A stretch of DNA of 64,000 nt from Lingula anatina (taxonomy: Eukaryota; Animalia; Brachiopoda). The translations under genes and the position numbers were made by a program. Below the pieces are notes generated by a model that was not told the DNA's origin, ran no database searches, and saw nothing but the letters and a program-made list of their open reading frames with translations. Where the stretch lies: contig CM120640.1 of the NCBI GenBank assembly GCA_051362555.1, forward strand, positions 69,728,788 to 69,792,787, in the 5' to 3' direction. Of the stretch, positions 41,101-53,300 are shown piece by piece (positions within the stretch are counted from its first letter, which is position 1; each line of letters opens with the position of its first letter).

Positions 41101-41190
41101 TAACTGTTATTACTTTTTTATTGCAGCATAATGCAGTTGCCCCCTGATCAGACAAGAAAGCTGAAACAGTTTATGGAGTACAAAGAGTGA
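29142..41190 (+). CDS. NDC1: Nucleoporin NDC1 (TMEM48), transmembrane nuclear pore anchor
   Basis: 17 frame-consistent exons: 29142-29174, 29431-29551, 29912-30013, 30218-30389, 30731-30854, 31038-31146, 31357-31405, 31727-31859, 32252-32341, 36323-36404, 36695-36853, 38587-38673, 39043-39083, 39737-39851, 40117-40217, 40637-40785, 41127-41190. Motifs [53 protein letters not shown] and [10 protein letters not shown] match vertebrate NDC1. The start exon is the least certain. Confidence 0.93.
32573..32829. mobile_element. Near-perfect palindromic MITE (PIF/Harbinger Tourist-like)
   Basis: TTA|GGCTTCATTCACATGCAATG...CATTGCATGTGAATGAAGCC|TTA; the two arms pair over almost the whole 257 bp. Confidence 0.9.
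32874..33508 (-). CDS. Nested antisense gene: 134-aa small protein with permuted papain-like (LRAT/PPPDE-type) His...His...NC arrangement
   Basis: Two coding exons 33508-33351 (AA|gtaatt) and 33120-32874 (ttccag|G) join in frame: [134 protein letters not shown]. There is an upstream acceptor at 33556 and a probable 5'UTR exon at 34070-33997. Confidence 0.8.
34096..34150. repeat. 28-bp tandem duplication
   Basis: GTTTTATTTTCGTTCCTGGAAATACCC occurs twice. Confidence 0.8.
35131..36177. mobile_element. Non-autonomous DNA transposon, 34-bp TIR, TTA TSD (Zator- or Harbinger-like)
   Basis: TTA|GGCCACACTTTTTTAATTTTATGGATGACATCCT ... AGGATGTCATCCATAAAAATAAAAAAGTGTGGCC|TTA, one mismatch, with a CpG-rich interior. 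Confidence 0.87.
39198..39665. mobile_element. MITE with TTAA TSD and GG termini (Kolobok-like)
   Basis: TTAA|GGGGCCCGCACACGGTGAGCATTTGGCGCGC ... GCGCGCCAAATGCTCACCGTGTGCGGGCCCC|TTAA; perfect 31-bp TIR in an Ndc1 intron. Confidence 0.9.
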
Positions 41191-42759
41191 CACAGAAAAT
41201 GAAGAGGATTACCTGTGATGACTAATCATGAACTGTGGGAATTGCTATAATTGATGTGGATGTCTGGCTCCTATGTTAGTTTGTTATCTGTTCAGTTTTC
41301 TTATGAAGGCATGAAATGGAACCAGTGGTTACTTTCCAAGGAATACCATACTTTATTTTATTTGTAGTACAGATCCTTGTCAATAGAAAAAGCACTACCA
41401 GAACTGACAAAGTATCAAACATGTCCATTTATCATGTCAGATACAAAACTGCTGCATCTTGCAGGGAAATGGGAGAAGTTCCCCGTTACTACATTATCAG
41501 CAAATGGGTTTGTCATCACCTGCATGCACTCTTACTACCAGCATACCTTGGAGCTATAAGTACATTAAGTTGCATTTAACAGCAGCCAATAACAATGTTT
41601 ATAATATGAAGAATTAAAAGGGCAGTTTTTGTTCCATTTGATTCTTGTGAGTAATAAAATATAAAATGCTTCAATATAGTTGCTGTCTGGGTTAATTGTT
41701 AATTACGGTTGCAATTCACAAATAAGGTCATGGTTCAAATTTGTCGTACTTCTGGAATATTAGGAAGTAAAACTTATATCTGTCAGTAGGCCTACATTAG
41801 CAATTCACAATGAGAGATTTTTGGATGGAGACATTCATGTTGTATATTATTTTTTATCTCACGATATTGATCTTATCAACCTGGTTTGGGCCTCTTGTAA
41901 ATTTTTGGATTTAAACCTGTGATAACTATTTTTTTTACAATATGGCATCCTTTTCTAGGGCTATGACCAAGACAAATATTTTGAAAATAAAGAAGTCTTG
42001 TTACCATTAACTACCCTTTTAAACTATTTTTGTCTTCAGAAATTTTTTTGAGCTAATTGTCAACTCTGTCTCATATTTTAAAAATACATTAATTGTACAT
42101 TGGCAAACTTTTTAAATCAATTCCCCATTTAGAACTAATCTCATTTCAGTGTTTTTCTTCAAATAAGCAATAATTTTTCCAAAAAAACTATGCAGATTTT
42201 GTGATAAATTTCCATTTTATAAATTTTCAATATTTAAAATATTTAAGTGCACTTTTTTTCACGCAAAGAGGCTAAAATGGCAGAAATGTCAAAAAGTTTC
42301 AATTATGTAATTACCATAATTGACTGAAGTAGGCAAATGGCAGTAGAGAAAACTGCTATTAAAATCCCTCTACAACGCATTTGGAATATTTCACAAAATA
42401 TAATTAGCATGCTAGAGTAAAGGCATGTTTAAACATTGAATTTTTGTAAGTCACATAAGGCTTAGAAACGTTTTATTGCTAGTTGTAGTCTACTGTTATA
42501 CCTAATGTGAAACGACAAATATGTTCAACCGTAGACTACTGCTGCAACTACTGGTAAATCTAATAAATCATGACCTAAAAATTAGACCAAACTAATATTA
42601 ACAACTCAAGGCGTGATAAAAGATAATATATTAGTAATAAATGCATTCGTAAGAGTATCATTCCAATTGGAAAAACTGAAATGAACTAATTTGTCGTTGT
42701 TTCATTCCGTGTCCTCATGTTGCCCCTATCCTAATCTCCCTTCAGAGGCCTCGAAACAC

Positions 42760-42960
42760 CGGCGAGCACGTGATAGGTGGATCTACTTGGAAAGGCATTA
42801 CTGAGGCAAGCGGCTAAAATATCAGTTATATTTCAAAGGGAAAACAAGAGCCAATAACACAGGTATATTAGACAACCTATATTAAAAACTTATTTTCTAA
42901 ATTCGCATTTTAGAGTCAACTGATAATAGTGACGTCAGTCTTCCATGAGCAAGATGGCGT
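42760..42960. promoter_or_regulatory. Promoter-like region upstream of Rfx
   Basis: E-box CACGTG (~42766), CCAAT (~42851), full CRE TGACGTCA (42930-42937) and YY1-like AAGATGGCG (42951-42959) in a CpG-enriched patch. Confidence 0.45.
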
Positions 42961-43189
42961 CTGAGTCGCAGTGCAGCGAATGTTTGAAAAAATTTCATTC
43001 ACTTGGACTATTTTTTTATATTAAATGAGTATATAGATCGTAAATGTAACAAATATCTTAATACTAATATAAAAATAACCATATCATAAAAGAAATGTGA
43101 TAGGTGTATCTTTTTGTGAAGATATAAGACATAATTTTAAGATAAATTTTCTTAGCAGCGTCTTAATACATTAGAAGTGACTAGGCAAA

Positions 43190-43269
43190 GCGTCTGGCAA
43201 CAGTTGCCGTAGGAATAAACGCCATAGCCACCGTAGCTGTGACGACTGTTACCCGCCAACAAGTCTAAG
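43190..43269 (+). other. Probable non-coding first exon of Rfx with X-box-like motifs
   Basis: CpG-containing stretch ending AAG|gtgatt, downstream of promoter-like motifs. The acceptor at 46651 precedes the ATG exon. The TSS position is approximate. Confidence 0.5.
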
Positions 43270-45243
43270 GTGATTTTCCTTTCCATTTTAGATCTTACCC
43301 TGTGTGATATCGTGTGCTAGATATTTTAGTTGTATTTCATTGGTATTGGGAGATATTAACCGTTTTAGGGAAAGGGGATGAATTTGCAAAGGATCACACA
43401 AGTGTTTCTGCATCAAAGCGGTTGAAAATGGCGTACAAAATGTCTGAAATTAAGATTTTAACGAGCCTTGGGTTTAGAAACAGAACTGAATCAGACATGC
43501 ATCGGTATTCTCGAAAAGTGGGGACATCACATCAGAATAGTTTTCAGTTTTAGCTCCTTAAATTGAGATGACATGTAATATGAGTGAAGACATTTGAAGT
43601 TTTATAAAAATCTGATGTCTTAAATCGACCAGTAATTACTGTGTTGTTAAAGAAACTCGTTGATTGGAAGTTCAAAACCACATATGACTCATCAGTGAAT
43701 ATTTTTAGTGACCCATCGCATAGTTCTTTTAAAGAAGCAGATGAATTTCACGTGCATTATTATATAGTACTAACAAATGTAACTGGTCAAATAATAAATA
43801 ATGATATACATTTTTAATCACAGCAATAAATGTTTTTGTTATTGCTTAGGTAATATATTTTGTCGTACAGGATAGAAAGTGGAATGAAAAGAATGATAAC
43901 TGTAGTAAATGTTCATGCTTGATGACATTGTTATTTTTTGGTAATGACCCACCTTGGTATCAGAAAGTCCACTGTTTCACAGAAAGTGTGCCAACTTCAG
44001 CACTTACTGGCACATTAATTCTAAGCAAGAAGAGGATACCTTTTTCTAAAACCATGATTGTTAATGTACAGTCATTCAAAGTATTTTCAGGTCTTATTCT
44101 TTAATCTCATTGACTTTAATTTAATTTAAACATTTGAACTTATCTAATTCTTTAGCACCCCTCACAACATTGTACTACTCTTTCTTAATGACATACTATA
44201 AATTTATTTATCCATGTCTGTCATGGTATAATCTTGTTCACTATTGTGTTAAAAGATACACTTTTTACAAGTATAATTGTCAACCTTGCCCTAAATTACT
44301 TTCCTTGATTGGGAAAAGATTACAGTTGCTTTCAGGAACTTTTTATCATTAGCATTTAAGTCATGAAAGTGTTCAGAAAAGGGAATCAATGACAATAAGA
44401 TCTGTTGGCTCAGCAGCACCACCCTATCATTTTATTAATTATTATTTTGAAATCAGTATGACCTTATTTGAGCTAATAGTATCACTGTCAGGTCAAAAAT
44501 TTTGGATTGGTTCCTAGATCCTGTTCTGTGCACAGGGTTCTCAAGTCGGGGTGTAAACCTGTGCAAGTTATTTTGTCATTGTATCCAGCACACCAAAGTT
44601 GATTGAAAATCAAATTTCAAAGATTTTTCAATTCTTCTTGCAATACTTAAGTATTCTTTGTAAATGGTTAAAAAATAAATTGCTTCTATAAAGTTCTTTC
44701 TTACCTTTGAAAGGCATTCAAATGGATTCAGTGAATTCTTTATATATAGAGGTTGTCCACCACATTCCTTATGCATGCTCTGTTTGAATCGGGAGCATTT
44801 CACCAATATAAATATGATGATGGGCTAAAGACTTGATAAGAACACAACCTTCTCGTCATAGTACTTGCTGGTAATTGTAGCCCTGATGAAAGTTTCAGAA
44901 GGAAACAAGTCAAACATTCAAAAACGTTATACTTTTTTAAGTTTGAAAAGAGATGATATGTGCTGTATCACAACATAGTTTTAAAATATGTTTTATTGTG
45001 TTTTTCATTATTTGACATTCATTTTTGCAAACTCATCAGTACCTAGGAAAGGAATGTACAAAAACTTTGGTTTGATGTTTTTTTTCTTTTGTCCTCTTTT
45101 CTTGCATGACAATAAAATCTAAAAGTAATGTGGATAAAATTGTATAAGTTACTCATATTGATGTATAGCGCAAATGAACGCTAATGAAAACTTGTGTGAC
45201 CTTTAGAACTTCTTATTATGGAAATTTCTGTCATTAATTTTCT

Positions 45244-45596
45244 GTTTGCCTAGCAACCTATAACCAAATAGACTTTTAAGCTGACACCTGTGGATGAATC
45301 ATTATCTTTTCAGTTTGGGGCTTGTTAGTTTATGTGAAGTTACTAAGGCAACAAGAGCATGCTAATCAAATGATACATAAATAATACTGCTCATTAACTT
45401 TTTAGTGAACAAGTATATTGTAAGGTAATATGAAAATGGATGAACATAGGACTAATTAGCACATTATAGGATGACAATTTATATGAAAATGTGAACATGG
45501 TGTTCTTGTGGACACAAAGCCAAGTTGGCATGAGCAAACAAGAGACTATCCTTATCGTCTGGGCAACTGTTATGTACACATTGGTTGCCAAGTTAC
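45244..45596. promoter_or_regulatory. Cluster of RFX X-box motifs in Rfx intron 1
   Basis: GTTTGCCTAGCAAC (45244-45257), GTTACTAAGGCAAC (45339-45352), GTCTGGGCAAC (45557-45567), GTTGCCAAGTTAC (45584-45596). Confidence 0.55.
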
Positions 45597-46675
45597 TTCT
45601 ATGTTACTCTGGGTTTGTTAAACATGCATATCAAGTAAATTTATTGCAAACTTTTGTTCCCATGTTGATAACTGAATTCTGTGGCTTTTTTACTTTGAAC
45701 ATATTAATTCATATACCTACACTGTAGATTGGGTAGACTTTAAACATTTACTTAGCCAACAAGATTGCACTTTGAAATAAAAAGGTATTGGGGAAGAGAA
45801 GGCAACTAGGCACTTTTGTGTGTGTGTTCCTTCAGGAAGGATGGGTAGGTTTTCATTGGTGAAACTTTAACTAAGATCATTACTGTACAATGATGTTCTG
45901 AACTTGTTATTGATATTGGAAGTTTGGTAATCACAACCTGGTTCAGATATATAGATATTTATTGATCTGGCATTGAGGTAAGAGGGTAAGCATAGATGAG
46001 ATGAAAATTTGATTGCTAACTTAAGAAATGAAGCCATCAACTAGTGGAGAGGGTTTGTATTGGTAGCAGATACTGCTGTTGAAGAATCATTTTTTAAAGT
46101 ATATCATGTTAACTTGGAGCTGCAATTTACTGGCATAGAAGTTTGAAAATTTCATATAGTATGATTGAACTGTTCAGCCAGATATTTCACATGTCATATG
46201 TAGCTAGAGTTCACTACTATATAAACCATACAGATTTCTGAAATACCCTTTGGTCATCAGGTCTGCATAATTTTTCTTCATAGGACAGGGTGATATGTTA
46301 AATTATCTTATTCATAAGCATGTATAATATCCAATATGCCAATCAGAGGTGACTCAGGTATCTAAGATGTCAATTTATTTTGAATTTATTGACCTACCTA
46401 ATATAGCTCAGGGGTGTGCCACTAGTTTCACCAGCTTCCCAAATAAAGGGGACACGGCCATTCAGTCAAGGGTAGTTTGAGGCAAGATGTTATCAAGATT
46501 GGCCATGAATCTCTGGTTTGCAAAAAGCCTTCTTCGTGAGAAAAATAAGTGCAGCAGTGTTGAAGTAAACCAATATAGAATAGGTCATTTTTAGTTTGTG
46601 TATGTTAACTTTTCATGTATATATTTAAAAATACATTGTTTTACCTTTTAGTACCACTTTCTCCTGTGTGTGGTG

Positions 46676-49600
46676 ATGGCCACACAAGCCTTCACAGTGA
46701 CAAATATGCAGGCATTGGGCAATAATGTCCAGCAGGTGAGAATGCCCAATGTAAGTATGGGAAGGAATTCTGTAAATGTTATATACTAGTTGCAGGTTTG
46801 ATTAGAACCACTTTGACTTACTGCCTTAAAACTTGTGTTGACTTTAAAATTGAAGTGGGAATGTTAAAATGTGGATAAAGTTTAAACTGACTTCCTAGTA
46901 AAAGCGGTGACTAAGTTTTAATTAACTTAATGCCAATTTTCTGAAATAAGAAGATGAGACTTACATAAATTGATAATTCATAAGTCTATGCCTTCTTGTT
47001 ATAGAGCACAAACAACGGGCAGCAAGGACAGCAAAATCAACAGAAACCTCCTGTGCAAACCATTATTCAGCCACATGCTGGACAGCAGTTTATTGTGACA
47101 AGTCAGTATTCTATCTATACTATATCAAAAAATGTTTGATGTCTGTAAAGGAAAAAATTGGCAATAATATCATTTTAGTAAAAGAAAAAAATAATCACTT
47201 TGTTAAAAGAAAAATAAAGCAAGATCAATCACCAGAATGACTATAATTGTGTTACAGTTAAGAATGTTAAACTATTATCTCTGTTTAGCAGTGACTTCAG
47301 AAGGAGCAGAGCAGAACCACAATCCTGAGAGTTTGGCGTTACAGGGCACACAGGCAGTATATCCAGCTCATGTTCAGTACGTAGACAGCACTGATCCTGC
47401 TCTCTACGCTGCTTCCAATGGACAGATGTAGGTTCTAACCCACTAACAAGGCTAGGTGTACCCAGAGTTGATGTGATGACCTTATGATGCTTGCTTTTGT
47501 ATCCCTTTTTTCTCCTCTGGTGGCTTGTGGTGGTTGGGCATGTTGTGTTACTAGTATTTGTAGCAATTATTAATCAGTAACAATCCATAATAATAATATT
47601 TGAAATGCTTTCAATTGTCGCTACTTGTAGATTTTAAAGTGTACCTAGGTATTATCAAAGTAAATAGATCAGAACTACAATTTAATATTTTAAGAAATTC
47701 CCTCTCTTTGTACCTAGGTCCACTTTGAATTTTAGATGTTTTTCCCCTAATTTATTTTAAATGGGTTTGATTAATAACATGCATTATATGAATAATTGTG
47801 GCCTGCCTCTAATTCTATGAAGATAACCTTGCAGATTGAGTTTAAATGGGCAAAATTATACTGAAAAATTTATGGCTGTGTATTATACCAAAAAGAACAC
47901 TGAAAATACAGCTGCAAAGAACATTGAGAATTAATCTGCAAAGTTATCCACTTGTTCACATTCTGAGCACATGAGGCATTATTGTTATCTGCTGTTATGG
48001 TGTTGTCTGTTTGCTTTTCTCTACCTTCTTTAATTTTTATCCCAATCCAGTTCATGTGCTCAAAATGTGGCTGCAACTTTATATAAAAGATACTAACTGT
48101 ATGTTTTTTTACAGACAAACTTATGACTACAGCCAAGCCAATATGTATACTCCTGTTTCTGGAGCATATTACCAGACAGTTTCTGGAGCACAGGTAATTT
48201 TGATATAAGCACTGTCTAATTTTATATATTTTATTGTAAGTTGTATGGGTTTGTCACAGGACAGGTGTTTATTCAGATTCATTTAATATTTTAACAAGCT
48301 GAAGAATCCATATCAGTAGCTGTTCTCATATAATCAGGTATTGTCTAAGGTCAGATCCCAATTGGCCTCTGTCCTAGTATATATCAATGTTGGCAAGTCA
48401 GTGACTGGCTTGAATACACATTTGTCCTGTGATACATATATATAAATGATTTATCAAAGTGTGGAAAATTGAAAATCATTTGTTCTTCAATTTCAATTCA
48501 TTTTGTAGTTGTCTCAAGTTGGAGGTCTACCACCAGGCATGCAAGGACAGTTTATTACACATCAAGGGGGGACTTATTTGGTCCAAGGAGGTGCTATGGA
48601 TGGAGAAGGACATCCCCTCACACACACTACCAGGGCATCCCCAGCAACAGTAAGTACTCCAAACTAAACCACCTATTTGTGTTCAAGTTAACAAACATAT
48701 AATAATTTTACAGATTGTAGATAAAGTAAATAATAACATATGTTATAATTACATGTCTGTTTCTTAATTAACAACTGTGGAACATAAAAATAGTTAAGAA
48801 AAGCAAAGTTTGGGGTTTCTTGTCCCCTAATGTGTCTGAAAATAAAATAAAGAAAAGCTTGTGTTTTAATGAATTTCAAGTATGTGGGAACTAAGTAAGT
48901 TTGCTTCAGACTTGAAAAGAATTTATAGTTTTTATTTTTTCTGTGCAGCAGCAACTGCCTACTCTGTTATTAGCTGGGATTACAAATGTCTAGGATTGAT
49001 TATCAACAATGGTCTTAATCCATGGTTATAAATAAGTTAGGGTCTCATCTGAAAGATTACCTATTTAGATGTTATTGAAAAGAAGCATAACATGGTCCAT
49101 CTTTTCAGCTTCAGCTGAAGGATGCTTTCAGTGGAAATGCAAAGGAGGCCAAAGGGGTAAAAAGATACTTATGAGATTATCTAGCTTTCAATTATTTTCA
49201 GTGTATCTCTGTCTTTTTTTTATCAATTATGCTACTTGCATTTGAGCAAGTCTGTTAAAGGTTGATTCTAGTGAGGCATTTTTTACCATGTACCAGAAGC
49301 ACAAATTTGTTATGGCACTCCAGTCAGGTGGACTATCCTAGATGTAATATAATGAATTTAGCATGATGAATGTTGTACATATGCTTGCTTGTATTGTGTA
49401 TAACTCTCTTAGTTTTTCTTGAGAAGTTTCAAAACAGACCAGCATTGTCAGAATTAGCAAGGTCCCATGCCAGGAACAGTTGCTGTCAATATGGGCACTT
49501 AGATTTTTTAAAGAAATTGGTGGCTTTATTCCTAGCTGAGAGAAAAAGGGTCATTTATGACTGCAGAGGAGCAGAGAGACTATAACAAAATGTTCTGACA

Positions 49601-50334
49601 GCATCTATGATAGATGTAAATATGGGGCTCTTGTTATTGAATTCAGGTGCAGTGGTTAATTGACAATTATGAAACATGTGAAGGAGTAAGCCTTCCCCGT
49701 GCCACCATTTTCAACCTGTACATGCGCCACTGTAGTGAAACCTCCCAGGATCCTGTTAATGCTGCATCTTTTGGGAAGCTTATACGCTCTGTGTTCTTGG
49801 GTTTACGCACCAGGAGACTGGGCACCAGGTATTAGTAATTTGGTCTCTATGTACTGCCTTTTCTCTCTGTCTGACCCTAACTGGTTTGCTTTTGTGTGTC
49901 CTCACTCTAGGTTCAGTGGCTGATTGATAATTATGAAACTGCTGAGGGGGTGAGCCTTCCACGATCTACACTGTATAGTCATTATATGCATCACTGTACA
50001 GAGAGTAAGTTGGACCCCATGAATCCAGCTTCCTTTGGAAAGCTGATTCGCTCAGTGTTTCTAGGTTTGAGAACAAGACGCTTAGGAACCAGGTAAATAC
50101 AAAATAGCAACAGAAATTGAACAATTCAATTGGTGCAATTTTTACAATCAAAAGTTTGCATGGAGTCCAACTTGAAATCAACAAGAAAACATCTACTAAC
50201 ATCATTAGTATTTCTTTTTCTGAAATATTATACAATAATTGTGAATGATTTAATGAAATGTTATAAATAGATTTAAAGAAAATAGTGATCCTTGATTATA
50301 TTAGTAAAAGCTAATAGGATATTTTATTGAAAGA

Positions 50335-50366
<32 letters not shown>

Positions 50367-53300
50367 CTTGTATTTTAGGGGTAATTCAAAGTACCATTAC
50401 TATGGCATCAGAATCAAGCCCACCTCTCCATTGAACCAATTCACAGATGACCAGACTATGGCCATGAGGCAACAACCAGTGAATCAGGGGAAACGGTAAG
50501 CAAGTCTTCTCTCTTCATATGTAACTTAAAGTTACATATAAACTTATAAATAGAGGGTGCATTCACTTTAATACATAAAAACAACTTTTGCTTGTTTCTA
50601 ATATGACTCAAATAAGGTCAGTGTGCCTAGGAATAACCCAAGTTAATCAGTTGATCAGCCATAAAAGAGCTATAAAACTGCACCTTCAAATTTCTGGTTG
50701 TACACTTGAGCTACTTATCTGTCTCTTCCAGTTGTAAAAAGAAGTGATGTTCAGGGAATTAATGTTCCTCACACAATTCCACCATTATTCAATGCCAAAA
50801 TTGGCCAAAACTAATTATTATATATATAGCAAAGGAAAAAGAAGAAAATTTGTGTAAAAATATAAATTTTGATTAATATAAAACAATGCTCTATTGTATT
50901 TTTTAAGCTATGCTGTTTGAAACCATATCGTGGCATTTGGTCAGTTTTTTAATTTCACTTTCAAATTTCAATACATTTTTAATCTTGTCATGATCAGTGG
51001 GGCATAAATAATAATAATATTTTTATGTGGAATGTATGTTTACATATTTACCACATATATGTGTATGTGTTTTTTATCAACAGCTTTAAGTCAGCAACGA
51101 CAGGTATTGATGGTAAAGATATTGATACTTCACGGGATCAGAATTCTCAAGGATCAGATTCCCAACAGCAACAACATCAGCAGTTCCTTGGGGATGCTTC
51201 AGGGGCCATTCCAAACTTTGGAGATGTTCAGGAAGGAAATGTTTTGCCAGAAGGGCTAACAAAGGAACATATTCGTAGTTTTGAAAGACTATATAAAGAG
51301 CATTGTGAGGTAAGTTTTGTTGTGATATACAGTAAATGAACATCTGAAACTGTCATTCTGCTGAGTAAACTGTTTTATTATACCTATTCTTGTTGTTTTG
51401 TCCACATTAGCTCATGTCCGTTTCAAAAATAAAAAATAAATTAAATGAAAGATAAAAAATGATGATAATAATGAGGATACCATTTTTTTTAAATAGGCAA
51501 TGCTTGATGTGGTTGTGAATCTACAGTTTTCACTCTTTGAAGCACTTTGGAAGTCATTTTGGAGAAACCCAACAGATCTCCCCACGTAAGACTTGCTTTG
51601 GATATAATTTATTATAGAATAAAATGTACTCTAGATGAGTAGTTTTGATTATGATTTATATTTACTTAAAATGAAACTTTTTAAACCTAGATTTTTTATC
51701 ATAATGAGATAAATTAAAAAATTATAATGATTTTATTTTAGTGCGGAAAGTGATATTGAGCGAAGGCTCCCCAAAGAGAGGCTTTATTCTCTGTGCAGAT
51801 TTGAGCCAGTTCAAAAGTGGGTCAGGAGATCAGACTATTGCTTTTACCAGGCACTTGTGGAAGTACTTATACCCGATGTTTTAAGGCCCATACCAGGTAA
51901 ACAAAAAACAAGACCAGTATTGCAATTCTGTAAAATGTATCTCTCGATATACATCATAACATTAATATCTCATGAATATATTGATTTCTGTGTTTTGATA
52001 TAACACGTTTTTATTCAGGTTCTTTGACTCAGGCCATCCGTAATTTTGCCAAAAGTTTAGAGGGTTGGCTAAAGAGTTCCATGCAGGGAGTACCTGAGGA
52101 AATGGTTAAAGCAAAGGTATACACCAATTTACACTGTGATTTATCATTTTTTAAAAAATTTAACTTACTATTGGTTTGTTATAAAAACTTGGACATGAAT
52201 CTTCCTTCCCATTTTTATATACCGAAATGCAAGTGTATAGTCTATTGTTAAGAATAAAATGATATACATATGCACTGCAAAGTGTAAATGACTTCAGACT
52301 TAAAGATTATACTGTAACTGGTATAATACCTAGGTTGGAGCAGTCACGGCTTTTGCCCAGACATTGAGGAGATACACTTCATTAAATCACCTGGCCCAGG
52401 CTGCTCGCGCCGTCCTACAGAACACGTCCCAGATAAACCAAATGTTAAGTGACCTTAACAGGGTGGACTTTGCAAACGTACAGGTAGATTTACTTGCCTT
52501 TACCTTGTTATCTAAAGCAATAAAGTGTTGAAAGGGCTTAGAATATCTTAATTATTACTTATTTCATCAATTAAGTTTAAGCAAACCATTGCTATAGTAG
52601 GTTCATGGTAAAATATTTTTTTTAAAGGAGCAAGCTTCCTGGGTGTGCCAATGTGATGATGCAGTAGTGACACAGTTGGAGCAGGATTTCAAGAAAACTT
52701 TGCAGCAGCAGAACACTCTAGAACAGTGGTCTGTGTGGCTGGAAGGGGTAGTCAACAAAGTACTGAAGCCACATGAAGGCACCGAGAATTTCCCAAAGGC
52801 AGCAAGACAGTTCTTATTGAAATGGTCTTTTTACAGGTGAGATTCTTTTTACATATGTGTGTACACTATTGATAAAATCTCAATGCTTAAATGGCTCTTT
52901 TACATGACATGAACCAAATATGATCTATGCCAGTGATACAGATGCTATTTTTGTCTTGTATTTTCATCAGGCATAGTGATATGATAAATACTTGGTACAT
53001 ACAGTAAAAAACATGATGGTAAAAATAGTTAAAGATTTTAGCAACATTTAAGTAAATGATGAAAATCTATGGTAGCTGATTATTTTTACCTTTTTGTTTT
53101 GAATTAAAGTTAATGACAAGCACTCATTTCTGTTTAAGCTCAATGGTTATACGGGATTTGACTCTGAGAAGTGCTGCAAGCTTTGGCTCATTCCATCTCA
53201 TCCGTTTGCTGTATGATGAATACATGTTCTACCTGGTAGAGCACAAAGTGGCTGCTGCTACTGGGGAGTCTCCCATTGCTGTGATGGGAGAGGTGAGTGA

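Noticed and set aside
44814-44886. C/D-box snoRNA-like ATGATGA...CTGA in Rfx intron 1
   Set aside because: No terminal stem and no antisense guide to rRNA that I could identify.
49647-50092. Assembly artefact or tandem double-DBD protein as explanations for the duplicated Rfx exon
   Set aside because: The copies are heavily diverged at synonymous sites, and joining both shifts the reading frame.
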